DNA of 64,000 nucleotides from Orbicella franksi (Eukaryota): NCBI GenBank assembly GCA_964199315.1, contig OZ116700.1, positions 9,114,001 to 9,178,000 of the forward strand, read 5' to 3'. Shown piece by piece: positions 25,301 to 39,464 of this stretch (position 1 is its first letter; each line of letters starts with the position of its first letter). The notes under the pieces were generated by a model. It saw only the letters and a program-made list of their open reading frames with translations, ran no database searches and was not told where the DNA came from. The position numbers and the translations under genes were made by a program.

Positions 25301-26123
25301 CAGTATATAAACACCGAGGTCATCTTAAAATTACTGCTATTGTGTCCTCACTGCTGCACTACTTTAACTCTCCACACTCTGGTGGTCACGGTAAATGTTA
25401 CCCAATTGACCGATTTCAAGCCTTAAAAGAATCACTGCCGCTAGCTCTTGAGCCCGCCGATTTAAATCTTTTGATATTTCCCAGATTGTTCCGTGCCCGT
25501 ACAGTCGTACGTCCGTTTTGCGGTTGTCCTTAAGCCCCAGCGTGGCTGACGAAGGCAAAACCAAAATGAGCACATCCTAACCGCTTTGCTCTCACAGGAG
25601 TACAAACCGTGCTGGCAAAACAAGAACTTCACGCGGCTGGTATTATGCAGTGATAATGGCCTTCTACTGTTCAGCGCCACAGGACGTTATCGGCTTCTCG
25701 TAATCCCACAAGGAAATGAGTTAAATCACTTCCATCGCATGCCAGAGATCTTTTTGAAGCCCAAGACTCCAGTTCAACGTTTCCGGGACGTTTTGCCGAT
25801 TTTCTCATCGCCAACCTACACGAAAGCATCGGAAAGCAGTGCGACAAAACTAAGCCATAATTCCATGTCGGCCAACACCAGCCGAGCCGAGTGTAAATTG
25901 TAATTGACTGTCAAATTAGGTTGTTTGTAAGTCACAGCTTGAAATGACTGACATTGGTGTTTCTGTTTAACTAGTAATACCGCCCACATCATCCGATTCA
26001 TATATAGAGGCTATTTAAATGGAATGCCTGTGACGCCACTACGCAAACTGAATCTTGAATACGGCGCAAACCTTTCTCATTGATTTGAAATCGTACCATA
26101 TGCTACCGTAAGGCACAGGAGCC

Positions 26124-29100
26124 ATGTTTGTTCATCGAATCTCTCTTGGTTTTATGCTCGTTCACGTTGTCTACCTTTCCGCCATACCTGTTTTCCCAGT
26201 CGACGACAAAAAGAGAACTCCTGTACTTGCCGCTAACTCGGAACCTCTCGAGCCCTGGGAAGTGAATCAAGAATTGATTGACCGTAAAGGTGTGCACGGC
26301 TTCTGTCGTCCTTTGAATCACTGTGCTTATGTCTCCGTACTTGCATAAAATCCTTTGATTTGCCGCTTGTCCTCTTGCATATTAACCGCAAAAGTAAATC
26401 GCGCGCAGACCGTGTCAAGCGCCGCGGAATACGTTTTGGCCAAGTTGACGGCTTTTGAAAAAGAGCGGGATCTATCCTTTTTAGCTGGTTTTTTCCCCTG
26501 GGCATAATTAACCTTGTAACATCTAACAAATGGACATCTTTGCAGGTGAGGCGGCGTCTTTTGACGGTTGGACTCTTTACGAGGGAGACATCGTTTTAGA
26601 CATGAGAACACGCCTTCTGATCCGTGGAGGACATCTCCGAAGAAAGCGAGCCGTTAAAAAATTACAGAGCTCGCGATGGCCAAACGGAGAGATTCCTTAC
26701 GTCGTAGACAGAGACTTAGGTAAGCTGAAAACTATGTCCGAGTTCACAGAACTTTTTCCGACCAAATTCTTTTCTCCTGCATTGCGCTAAAGCTCGCGAG
26801 AACCGAAGAGTTGACTGTAGAAAAGTAACGCTCTCTCGCTTGATAGTAAACAACAATCCGAGCCAAGTGTCACTAGCGTAAGAAAGCAATTTTGCCATGT
26901 TATTAGGATTTTTAGTGCAAATGAAGTATTTAATCCACCGCAAATAAACCTCAAGTCTCAGAGCGAATAGGGTTGCAGTATTATGGCTGTATTTTTACTA
27001 CTCTCCATGAGTTGACTGGACTACCTCAACCCACGCGACAATTTATGTACAAAAGACTTATGGGAATGTTTCATCGTAAATTGTGACCCTCTTTCGACCG
27101 TCAAGTCGGGCCGAAGCTCTTTTAGCTTCAAGACTCTCGGTCCTATCCAGTTTGAGCGCTCTAAAAACTTTTTACAAGCGCTAACGTCACGAAAAAGTGC
27201 AAACGGTTGAAATTTTTGCTATCAAAAGAACTCAGAATGCATTTCTCTGTAAATATGTGTAGTGGATATATGTGACTTGAGCAATTAATCACACGACGTA
27301 ATGTAGTCATTAGGATGTCGAAGTAGAGAAGGTTAGAGTTGAGACAATAGCCTGTCATTGTGCTGCTTAATTTCCAATGAAGTTTGTGCTGACATTGAAT
27401 ATTTTAAGCGATAGCGATAACAGGGTCGATAGGATGAGTGGGAACCCACGGCAGAGCACACAGTTTCCAATTTCATTGAGTATGTGTATGCATGAAGGCG
27501 GAGCTACGTGGAACAGTAATTGATGCTGTATTCTTCTCTATCAACAATGGCCCCATTGCCGTCAATTTTAATTTAATTACGATATAAAACTACTCAATAT
27601 ACCGTGTTTCACCTTGTCTTTGTTGCCGCTTTCTTGTAGCCATGAAAACGAAGAAAGAAATCAGAAAAGCCCTGAGACACTGGAAGAAAAAGACGTGTCT
27701 GCATTTCCGGCACAAGAGAGACAGCGATGTAGATTATATTCGCTTTGTTTACGAACCTGGGTAAGGATTATTGGTGCCCCTTACTTTGACTGAAATATTC
27801 ATGAAGTATTCCTTGCTTTCCGGTTACTCTAAATACTTGCACAATGGGAAGCTATCCACTAAATGTTACCATCAAAAAGGGTATTGTAAAAGCTGCAAGG
27901 GTGAGGAAGTTTGCTATGTCAAGGGTAATTACTCCTTTCAGCAAGCTCTTAGCGTGCTCTTTTATCCTTGATTTCGTTTTAAATATGGTTGGACTTTGGT
28001 AAACGTTGTTCACGGTCTACTCGCAAACGACATTATCGAGGAGCGGACCACACAAAAGGCTAAAATATTTCAATGGTTTACACTCTAATTTGCCAACTCA
28101 TTAACACATCTTCTCGGTGACAAGAAGAAAACGATAGAGTCCGGAAACTCGATGACATTTATATCGTTAATTAACTCATTCAAGTGTGGTCAGCAATAAG
28201 CGTGGTAACTGGCAAAGCGCTGCACACACCGGAAAAGTATTGATTGTAGTGTTGTTTTAGTTTTCCTTCTTGCTTTGAAAGCAAACATAAAAAGAGAAAA
28301 CATGAATAGCAACTTACAATGGCCGAACATTAGAAGAGACAGCAAGATAAAGAAATGGTTTGATTAATTGCCGAGACGATAAAACCAACTTTGAATGGCG
28401 AACGGCCGTGATTTGCTGCTGGGGTGTGGAATTAACTACAAACAAACATTTGACAGTTTTTCTATTGTTTACAAATGTCAATAATAATGAAAAGTTTTAT
28501 CAGGACTTAAAATTACCTTGTGACATTTAGCGACCGCTCAAGAGCGACTTATGAATGATATTTTCGTTGTCTTTTGCGAGTATGAACCCCCAGTTAGGTT
28601 TTCTCCCTTAGCAAAACGGATAATAAGAAGTGTTAACGAACTTTAAGACACCGCTAAACTGCAACTTAGCCACCAATGCCGATAACGGACTTCAAAACGA
28701 CGACTAATTGAAATCAAGCAAGGAATGAAAGCAATTTACAAAGTAGCTTCATTAGTCTTGAAATGTTCAACAAATTCGTATACACAAGTGAAAGAGGTAG
28801 CCAGTTCCCGTGACCTCTTCGGTATTTTTGCACCAATCTAGCCTTCATTTTTGAGTAAAACACCGATTATGGCAAATAGGCATTACTACAAAAAAAATAC
28901 GTCGTTCGTCAAATGCTACTTTGTAAACAACTTTGTGCCCCACTTCCTTGAAATGTCCACTGAACCAATCATTGACATCAAACAGAGCTTGTGGTGTACT
29001 CTTGTCTGGTGGACACGTGGAGAAATCGTTGTTCACGTGGAGTCGCCAGCAAGACTGATGACCACTTATGTTTTGTCAACAGTTTCTCTTGCCAAAAACA

Positions 29101-32100
29101 TGAGCTGTTACGCGTCTAATGTCACGAACATCGAATGATCCTCTCTTGGCTTTTTTTAGATACAATGTAAGGTAATGAACGCTAGCTGATTTTTATCGTT
29201 TCAAAGTGGTAGTGAGGGTTCTAGAACTTTTTTCGTGAAAGCATCGTTAAGTGTTTCAATAATTCATGAATTGTTTTTACCATTTCGAGCAGCAAAACGA
29301 AGTGTTTTAGTTGACCACTTTGAAACCATATCTAATTACTTTCATCAAGTTAATCAAAGCCTTGAAGCATATGTGGAAATTTTTCACATGATTTCCAGCT
29401 CCGAGGAAGTTATTCGATTGGCTGGACTCCAAAGGGGACGAAAATATTACTATTGTCTCAACCGCGTGCCTTTTTATCTGTTTTGACAGAAGGTTATGTA
29501 AAACAACTTGGCATTACACGGCTGATAAAGTTACACCTATTCAGATGATATCAAACAGAAAGATCTACGTTCTTAGGCATGAGTTTCCTTTTCTTGACTG
29601 ATGAATAAGTATCTTTATTTAGCTATTACAAAACTTCACTCGACAGAGTGCAAATTAATGCATAAAACATGGCAACCTCCTTAGAATCTTACTTACGATC
29701 TACACTAGTTGTTAATAGTCCCCGTGATCACACGGCTGGCAAAGTAATAATCACGATGTTTAACATGATGAAAGTATTATATAACTTGAAGCGTTGAAAA
29801 AAATAACTTGGGTAATACGTCACGTTGTGCTTTACGGGTAGATACTGTTCTACTTGTCATTTGCTGACGGACCTATTCAGTGCTGAGTTCCAAAGTTCAG
29901 CTACTTTTAACTGCATGAAGCCGTTGAAGCCTCCAATATCAAAGTAAGGCAGTTTGGAAAACATTTTTCCCAATGAGACCTAAACCTATACATCTAATTA
30001 ATTTCATGATATATGCATAGAAGGTCTTCTCAGGTCTTCCGCATAAAATTACAATTTTTTTTTTCGGTGCCAAGCATTACACATCGACTTGAAATGAAGA
30101 AATTAGTTTGTTTGTCTATTTTCTCACAAGTGGAAGCAGCTGCGAATACACGAAGATGTCGCCTCGTGGTGTCTGTAGACATGTTTTGACATAAAGACAG
30201 AAGAACAGGCAGACGTCCATTTTTTTGATAATAATTTGAAATTATAATTGACTGGATGAGCACAACTGAATGAACTTGATAAGCTGGTGGTGAACGTACG
30301 CAAACGGTACGTTACGCGGGTAAAAATGATACGTTACGATACAAAAGATACGTTTTATTCATAATCCACGCTGACTGAACTCTGGAAATTTCAATCCTGT
30401 TTCTCACTCATAGTGTTTTTCGCCTGTAAAAGATTTGGTTTGTGTAATTTAATTGCTTGTTTTCCTTGACGGCTATATGTGTGCTAATGCACTTTCACAT
30501 TGATGACGTCGATAGCTTAGGAGGACAGTGAAAAACAGGGCTGTAACCAAAAAATATTATGACAGAGGGAATGTTCATGGTTAAATTCTCTTCCTGTAGG
30601 TATTTAGTAGTTTTTTTTACTTTCCCCCTTCAAAAAAGAAACCACAAAAACGAAAAAAATGATTGAGGCAAGTGCCTCGGTTTGCCTCATATTGGTTATG
30701 GCCCTGAAAACGCCACACATGTCGCGCGGAATTTTAAAGCCTTTCTTTTACATCAGACGCAGAGACGATAGTAACTGATCCAAGGAATAGTACTCCGCAG
30801 ATTTAGACCTTGCTAAAACATTGCCTTGCCTCAATTTTCTATAAAGAAAACAAGGACTATAAATAGAAAACTGACCTTCTTCATAGATGGCTTTATTTTA
30901 AAAGGTTTAAAGTTCTCTGTATAAGATCAACTCTGATAATCTCTTTTCAGACCGATTAATATCTTTTTTTATGGTGCTGAATGGGCCACCCTGGCTAAAT
31001 TAAGTTTTTCTTACTTACTTACTTTTCTGCTGCTCCTCAAACAAGAGTAGGTAATCCCGGACTATCAGATGTAACTGCTGCTCAGGCGGATTAACTCTTA
31101 ACACTGCTTGTTTTCTCAGGGAGTTAGCAAAGTATCAAACTTTCTAAATGTTATGTAAGCGTATCAAAGCGTAAAAATGTCTTTTAGACAAGGTCGAGTT
31201 AATGTTTGGCCGATAAGCGATAGGGAGCTCGAGCAATGAGGACGAAGACGCCCTGGACGACGCCTAGTAAAAAGTGGATTTACATTTCAAACTAAATGTG
31301 TAACGCCAGCGATCAAACCAAAACAAAATACGAAAAACTAGTCGTCGTCGCTCACGCTCTGCAAAATACCCAGAACTTGGTTATTTAACGTCGTTGTTTT
31401 GCAGAGGACGGCTATGAAATACACAAGGACTTATAAAGCACGTGCACAGCCATTGTACTGCTCATTAAATGTTTTGTTTGATGGCGTTCTCGTTGCCTTT
31501 TCTCGTCGTTAGGGGGTTTGCTTTACATTACATGCTGCTCAGGTCTTCTCAGAGCAGTTGTTAGGTAACTACAATCATCAGTTATGTTTGCCCTTATTAG
31601 AAGTTTATGTTAGTAGTTTATCAGTTGTTGAAGCCATTGGATTAAAAGCAACGGCTCCATTATTCGCAGATGTTGGTCGTATGTCGGTCGAGCAGGAAGT
31701 GAGCAGAAGGTTTCAATAGGTCCTGGATGTGAGTTCATGGGAACCATAATCCACGAGATTGGTCATGCTGTTGGTTTTTGGCACGAGCAGAGCAGACAGG
31801 ATCGCGATCACTATATTCGGATACTCAAGGAAAATATCCAAACTAACGCAGTTGACCAGTTCAGTAAGTATCTACACACTTGTTATCTTAACAGCAAGAG
31901 CAGTAAAAGTAAGGGTATTCCTAAGAGTGAGCAGGATTTGATTTCTCTCACAACATGGAGGCAGCATGGTGGCCGAGTGGTTAGGGCGCCGGGCTTGATA
32001 TCCGGAGGTCGACAACTCGTGGGTTCAAGTTCTGCTATGACCACTAAGCTGGAGTTGTTTCTCGGGTAACCCTGGTTCAACTTCTCAGTCCTGGTTGTAA

Positions 32101-33461
32101 ATAGCCAACTGGTCTGCCTACTGTTAGGCCTATTTGGGATTTTTAAGCCTTTTACGTTTATTTGAAATACTTTTTTCTTTCAGTTTAAGTGGCATGCCTG
32201 AGAACTAGCTATAGTTGTAGCTAAGCGTATGTACCACTTTAAAAGTTAAACAACATTTGCAGCAACATTGCTTAGATGATAACGAAAACGAGAACTACCA
32301 ATTATACTATTTCTTGGCGTAATGTTTATAGATACCTTAAGTTCATCACGAAATGATGCAACTCTTTACAGATAAGATGCCGAGAAAAGTGATGGATTCC
32401 ATGGGCTATGAATATGACTATTTCTCTATTATGCATTACGGGACGAAGTTTTTCAGTTCAAACGGCAAAGCAACCATTAAAATTCGCAAGAAAGGGAAAA
32501 AGATCGGAGCCCAGATTGGTCAGCGCAAGAGTCTATCTTGGATTGATGTTGCACAGGTCCATGCCATGTACAACTGTAATAAAATTCCTTCAGAGGAATC
32601 AAGTAAGTTGACTGGAATAAGTTTGAGATTATCTTATGAGTCGCGGTAACCTCATGGTTAGTGCGCTCGACTCCAGATCGAGCGGTCCGGGTTCGAGCCC
32701 CGGCCGGGGACATTGCGTTGCATTCCTGGGCAAGACACTTTACTCTCACAGTACCTCTCTCCACCCAGGTGTACAAATAGTTACCGGAAAATTTAATGCT
32801 GGGGGGTAACCCTGCAGTGGACTAGCATCTTATCAAAGGGGTAGTACAAATATTCTTAGTCGCCTCCCATGCTGCAGAAACCGGAATAAGCTCCGGCCTG
32901 ATGGACCACTTGGCTCCCATACAGAGTTTACCTGAAATTTTATTTTATGAAAAGCAGGAACATCTTCGCTTAACGGGGACAGACTAGGCAAATGAAAAAT
33001 TGAGTTGTTTTAAGTATAATAAGAAATTATATTTATCATTTTGATAAGAAGCAGTGTCTAAATTTAACTTCAATGTATTTGCTACAAGACTAAGAGGCCA
33101 TTATTTTTCTCCAAACGGACTCTTGGTTTAAACATATCCTAAAGCTGACTTTTTCTTCGTCCCAGAAATCTGCATCAACAGTACAACAGGAGATGGACGA
33201 GAGTATCGAGGGCAATTAAACTACACTGAGAAAGGCGTGATGTGCCAACCATGGAATGAACGATGGCCGCATGATCCAGAGGAGACAAAGAAATTGAGAA
33301 ATCCTACGAGAGAGGGACTGGGCAAACATAATTATTGCCGTAATCCGCGTGGTAAACGCGCGCGTCCTTGGTGTTACACGACTCTAAAGAGGCCTGTATG
33401 GCAGTACTGTGACATTGTGGTATGCAATCAAACATTAAAAATTGGTGAAGAAGACACCTGA
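26124..33461 (+). CDS. Secreted astacin-family (M12A) zinc metalloprotease with C-terminal kringle domain, 393 aa, 6 exons
   Basis: Exons 26124-26289, 26546-26719, 27640-27760, 31670-31863, 32372-32602 and 33166-33461 have GT-AG borders with compatible phases (total 1182 nt = 394 codons including stop). Features: hydrophobic N-terminus, prodomain YEGDI motif, furin site RRKR, zinc motif HEIGHAVGFWHEQSRQDRD, Met-turn SIMHY, and a 6-Cys kringle (YRG..CQPW..H..NYCRNP..PWCY..WQYC). Confidence 0.95.
31966..32250 (+). mobile_element. tRNA-derived SINE in astacin intron 4
   Basis: A box TGGCCGAGTGG and B box GGTTCAAGTTC followed by a non-tRNA body. Confidence 0.7.
32639..32935 (+). mobile_element. 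tRNA-derived SINE in astacin intron 5; relatives at about 53418-53715 and 8270-8400
   Basis: A box TGGTTAGTG, B box GGTTCGAGCCC, and the core TGGGCAAGACACTT(T/A)ACTCTCACAGT shared with the 53.5-kb copy. Confidence 0.8.
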
Positions 33462-36400
33462 AACATACGCCGTCGACGGCTGAGATGGTAAATTGTGCGC
33501 GAGCGTTTTAAAAGCACCTTGCTCACACAGCATGGGTCCTTGTTAACCATGGTTCCTCGTTATCTCATGTGGATTCTTCATTCTGAACAACGTAAAAATG
33601 AACGGGAATACGTTATACGACAAGGAAAAGGAAGCCACACCGTTGGTATGAAAGGACCCTTCGGAAAAGGCGCTCACTCAGTCTTCGAATGCAAAATCTG
33701 CTATAAAGTCTTATCGGTATGTACAGAAAATAGGGAGAACTCCATTGACTTCAAAGAAAACAATTTATAAACTTAAAGAGACAAAGTTATATTTAACACC
33801 AATTTATGGAGGAAAGCACAGCGTGTGGAAGTGAACACCATGAACGTACGTTTATGGATTAAGCTGCGGTTTGGCTTAGCAAATGCCCTGCATGTGTTCT
33901 CGCTGACCTTGGTCTTTTAGCAATGGGAGGAAGAAATCACTGCAGTTTGTTTCCGGGAATTTTAACAACTTCTTTAGTAAGGACGCGTTACAAAAACTTT
34001 TGAGTTCTTATAACATTAATTTCCTGAGTTTTCCCTAATGAGTCGCCACTTTCCTCATTTAGGCAAGCGAGACGCCAAAACTGAAAGTAACGTAGACTGG
34101 GTATTAGCGATCGATTCAGCCGGTAAATTAGGCGTAAAACTGCAAGTTTTAAATCATCCAACGAAATACGTGGCAATAGCTCTATTCTCACTTAATATTT
34201 AATGATTCACGTTGTTTCATCTTGTGGTTTTCACTGACCTCCTAGCTTGCTCCACCCAGCGTAAGCTATTGTTTAGAGGTTTGTTGTTTTCTTGGACCAA
34301 TTTATGAATTGTGGGCGGTATATAATAAAGGGTTTTGTTTAGGAATTTTCCGGCTGAGAAATATTTTAAAAGCCATCACGTACGCTGCGAGAATTGTTTT
34401 TTTCGACACATTCTTTGGCTAGCTTTAACTGGCAATGACTATATGTGGATTTATTAGAGAAGGTATGACTATCTGTCTTCAAACTCTCACCTGTCTAAGG
34501 GCGACTTTGTTGAATGTCTTCTTTATTACATAACATACAATCTCAATTTGCGTACTGCCGCTGACTGATGATACTCGAATAGCTCCTATCTAGTTTCGTC
34601 GGAATATAATGAGTCAAATACCATTTAATATCCCTGTTTATTGCACAAAGTATCTTTATTCATTTCCATTATGGAAAATTGTCATGAACAAGTGTCGCAA
34701 ACGTTTGACGCCCCATCCACACTTATACGGACAAATTTAAAACGCATCTATTTGTCCCATGTAGTTTAGCCGATTGCAGTCGTGACCGAAAACTGATCTT
34801 GTCCAAAACGGTCTAGCCTCCAAAATGACAAAAATTGAAAATACTGGCCAGGCGCTGGCCATACTGTGGACAAAGACAGTGTGGAAGGACTGGAAAACGT
34901 TCCCATATTAGAGGGAAATCGTCTCAGCCGTGAAATTATGCCCAAAGAATTATAACAGACTCGCGTTTGATGTTGCAATATCAATAAGTTGTTTTGTTAC
35001 AATGTTAATAGTTCACGTAAAATCAACAGCGAGTGTCATAGATCAACAAAACCCTTATCACAAAGACTGAAAACACTGGTTGTGTTGGTGTAAACGCCAA
35101 ATTCGTTAAGTGAACACGTGATCCACTATCGAGCGAGATTAGAAATTTAGAAACAAAAATAGTTTAGTTTATTGTATGGATACAAGCATGGAAAGAGAAT
35201 GTTGTTTATAATATATGTTTTAATTAATTTAACTCACTCGTGGTTTATAGAGTAAAATGTACAATATTAAATTCTTTTCCTTATAATTATTGTAAATGTT
35301 TGAAAGTGTATATGAATTTTAAGGGATAATTTACTTCTATAATAACAGCTAAGAAAAAGCAATCATGAAGTATGTTTCGCTTTGTTCTCTTTAAACCGGT
35401 CAATACGATATGGTATTATTTATCTTTTAGGAAAAGCAACCCATGTTGTTTGTGTTAGTTCAAAGATTTCTCACCAGCTCATCAAAAAAAAGTATCTCAA
35501 TTCTTGTAAGAGTGCGATTACTTTAAATAAGGTCACCCATGGAAAATCTCTCCGAACTGTTCAATGGTGTTTGAGTGTTGAAACAATGCAAAACACTGGC
35601 ACTAATTTGTCGCAAGATTTATTTTTATCTCCCAAAGTTTTCTTTCTTTCAATCTACGCAGAATTTGACAGGTGGCCTTAGTTTTAAAGAAATGCACCAC
35701 TGTAAGGGTTTTGGTTTTATAAAGTGATCCATTTTAAAGTTAATATTCATTTGGTCCCTCAACTTTTACTTGAATTTTTTTCCTTTTGCTTTAGCAACTC
35801 GGTTTTCTAAAAAGATGCAGTACCTTCACACAATTTTCTTGAGCTTCAGAACGTTCTAACCCATAAAATTGTACTTAAACCATGCGTTGTATTGTTTGGA
35901 AGTTCAAGGATTCAAGAAACTTCACAAATTAACTTAAGAGCTGTAAGATAACCTGTCTGAGTATTAAAATTTCCACTCATTTAGGAACGATGGTATTCAT
36001 TGTCTCGTTAAATAAAATCACTCCCAGAGATTGCACAGGACGCTTTCCTTATACAGCCTCAAAATCAGTGGGCGCATATAACAGAGGATCGAAACGAACC
36101 TTAGGTTGGGCTGCCAATGACTGGGGGTAAATATAGCAAATGTATAGAGCACTGAAATGTTTTATGACGATTAGTATGGGTAATCAAATGATGATCAGTG
36201 AAATTAGGAAATAATTTTACGGGCGTTTAGTCAAAATTTTAACAAGGCAAGGGAAATTATTTGAATTTTGACACAACGCAAGGGAAATTATTTTGTAATT
36301 ACACGAGTATACTATTTGATTACTTTTTAATATCATGGGTGACAAATGACACTTAGAATCGTGAGCTTTTGGCTTGCTTACTGTATCGAGAAATTTCGCG

Positions 36401-38182
36401 CCAAACGTTACCCTGGCAACGCTGAAATTTTGCGCCAAAATTAAGGAGTAATTTGTCCCCCATGATATTACAGCAAAAAGAACCTGTTACCAGTTGTTCT
36501 TATAACCCCTGATCGAAGGTTGTAGCGATAACCCATCGGAAAACCTCGCCCAGCGAGTTCATGCTAAAAACCAAAGCACTAGCCTCAAAAATAAACTACC
36601 TTCGAAGTTACATTTGTCGTGCGGCGCGTGTGTTTGTCGCACGGAATTCGAATTACAAAGAAATCCAGGCTAAAAATCAATCAGTGAAAGGGAAATAAAA
36701 TTATCAGAGTGAAACCAATTGGAAAGCAGCGAAATGCAGCTAATCCGGCGGAGAATAAGACAGCAAAGCTTCTCAGTTGTAAAACCTGAAGAGTAATTTG
36801 CTTGCACGCAATGATTTAATCGGGAATTAAATAGTGCATGTTTCGAGCTTTCTTGCTTGTTTGTTTATTTAACTCTCACGAGAAACTGGTCAAGACAAGT
36901 TATCGGAAAAATAAAAGTCGGTGAATGATAACATTTGATTTAAGTCAAAAACAGAACAAAATTTAAAATTATAATCGAGTCGCCATAAGAAACCGTTTAT
37001 ACTTTGCCGACTTATGTCACTTCAGATAGTCCTGTTTTGACGATACGATAATAACTGGATTAAAATTCATGCTATACGATAAACCAAATTTAAAAATCGC
37101 TCAGAGATCCGGCGCAGTGAAAAGTAGATAAACCGTTTTCATTCGTGTTTAGTTTTGCAACTAGGTAAATTAAATACCAAAAATGAGCTGCATGTAGTGT
37201 TATAAACACCAATAGAAGGCCATTAATTTAAAGTAATATTCTCAACAAGTCAATTTGAAAGCAATGAGGTTTAAGGTACGTAAATGTTGCAGCTGTACGA
37301 CAAACTAAAATAAATTGAAATCAATTATATATACGAGTTATACAACGCTTTCAAGTGATGTACTATGGAATATCCCACGAACCTTGAGGCGAGTGTGTAT
37401 ACCAGCAAAACAATAGTGACAAGTGTGATATCCCATTGTATACCACAAGAGGGTGTTGCATAACTATTTTGTACCGTGCAATAGAAAATACAGTGACCAA
37501 CACAATCACTGCAGTGCACGATGGGAAGGTTGGGTGTAATACCGTGAATATACAACGGCTTTCCTGTATTCTGATTGGCTGTATTTTCTATGGCATGGTA
37601 TAAAGTCTGATAAACTATGATATTAAACGAGAAACTGAAGTTGAATATCAGTAAAAATGAGCACCGTTTGTAGCTTTCGTGCAGGTTTACTCGATCCATA
37701 CTTAAATAAAACTGAAAATGCGTGTCTAATGTTTGAAAATTAATAATATTGGGGAAAGCTTCTCAGGCGAACATCTGCCATAATCCATTACATGATTATT
37801 TAAATGGATGCGCGCTCTCTGATTGGTCAATCAGCTATGGTTTATTGTGCCAGTAAACTCGTGGAAATTCCGCGTGTCTTCTGAATTAAAATATAAAAGC
37901 AATAGACCACAAGTTTTTACGGTTTAAAGGCATGATAAACCACTTGAGATGTAGGAAGAACACTCGAAGAATTCGCAAATCACGAGCCGCAGGCGAGTGA
38001 TCTACGAATTCTTCTCGTGTTCTTCCAACATCCCGCGTGGTTTATCAGCCTATAAACCATAAAAGCTTGTGGTCTATTGCTTAAATAATACATATGAAAT
38101 GGTTCAGTTATTGACTATAAAGCTCGCCGTTTTCACTCTAGCAGATTAATCTCGAAAATAAACTATTTATTTAATTTGCCGA

Positions 38183-38522
38183 CTAAAGTAAATTGCCGCT
38201 TACAAGCCCTGGGCTTCTACAACTTCGTAAGGGCTTTTAGATGGGCTTATAAACAGAGGGGCTTATATCCGAGTAGGCTCATAGTCCGGATTACAAAGCC
38301 GTTTCGAGACGAGCTATGGCGGTGTTGATCAAATGTTTTTCATTTACTGGTTTTTCTAAGCTTTAAAACATGGTAATAAAACGAATCCAAAACAAGGAAA
38401 GTTAGACGGGGCATTATATCCGGGGGGCTTATAACCAGATGTATTTTTTGCTTTACAGGTATATGGGCCTATACCTGGAGGGGCTTATAAGAGGGGGTGC
38501 TTATAAACGACAGTTTACGGTA
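38183..38522. mobile_element. Tc1/mariner-type MITE remnant
   Basis: GTAAATTGCCGCTTACAAGCCC / GCTTATAAACGACAGTTTACGGTA imperfect inverted ends with internal GGGGCTTATA repeats. Confidence 0.5.
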
Positions 38523-39092
38523 ATTACTCGTCAAATCTTAGGCAGTTTGACAATCCTTTTCATAAGTAAAGGGTTTCCCACTGAGATTAATAGACGATAA
38601 AAACTTTGCAATCGTGTATTATGATGGAAGCATTACATCCCAAACTAGAGTTTCTGGACTACTTTCATCAAGTAGGTATGTGTGGAAATTGGTTCATTTA
38701 AATCTTAGTTTGAAGAATTATTGAGAACAGTTTAAGAATGATGACTGAAATAATTTTCATTTAGAAGAAAAAGGGACATCTAACCAGATAACAGCGATCT
38801 TAAAATAATAATGCTGATAACAAGATTGGTTATCTTTGAACATTTTCAGCGTGTAAAAGTAAATGTCTGAGAACGTTTTTAGTACTACTGTATCAAATTT
38901 CAGACGTACTTGACAAGTTTTCACTTGTTAATAGGTTTGTCTGTAAAACCGAACGCTCAGTAGTAAACAATTTGTTGACATAGTTAATACTTTTACGGTA
39001 TTATCTTTTCCTTAGGTCAAATTGATAATATATATGCTTTGAAATGCGATTATGGCTCTAGTCAGGATCTGCCATTTTCGATATCATCGAAA

Positions 39093-39124
<32 letters not shown>

Positions 39125-39464
39125 TTGCTTTACTGTAAGTATGTTTATTATCTTAAGAAGTTTTACAGTGATTTCCTTCGTTTCGACCAGCTCCGAATAA
39201 AATGTAATAGCCAATTCTCGTATGTAAACAGAAACAAAGATGTGGCTGACTAGGGCCGTTTAACGTAGGTGGCATATTTTGTACAAAAATTTTTGACCGC
39301 TTATGTAGTGGGGAAAGTACGACCAAATTCTTGCTCTCATCTTAAAGTTCAGTTCAGTTCTTTGTCGTTTCAGAAAAGGGAGATGAGAATCAGAGCATCA
39401 ACTCATGGATAAATTAAGAGCGGCAAAAGTTTTGGGTTTTATCTAAAACAACGCCGAAGTAACG

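Noticed and set aside
22070-32935. tRNA-like sequences at about 22070, 31966 and 32639
   Set aside because: A/B boxes are present but there is no complete cloverleaf, and each continues into a repeat body; they are called SINEs instead.
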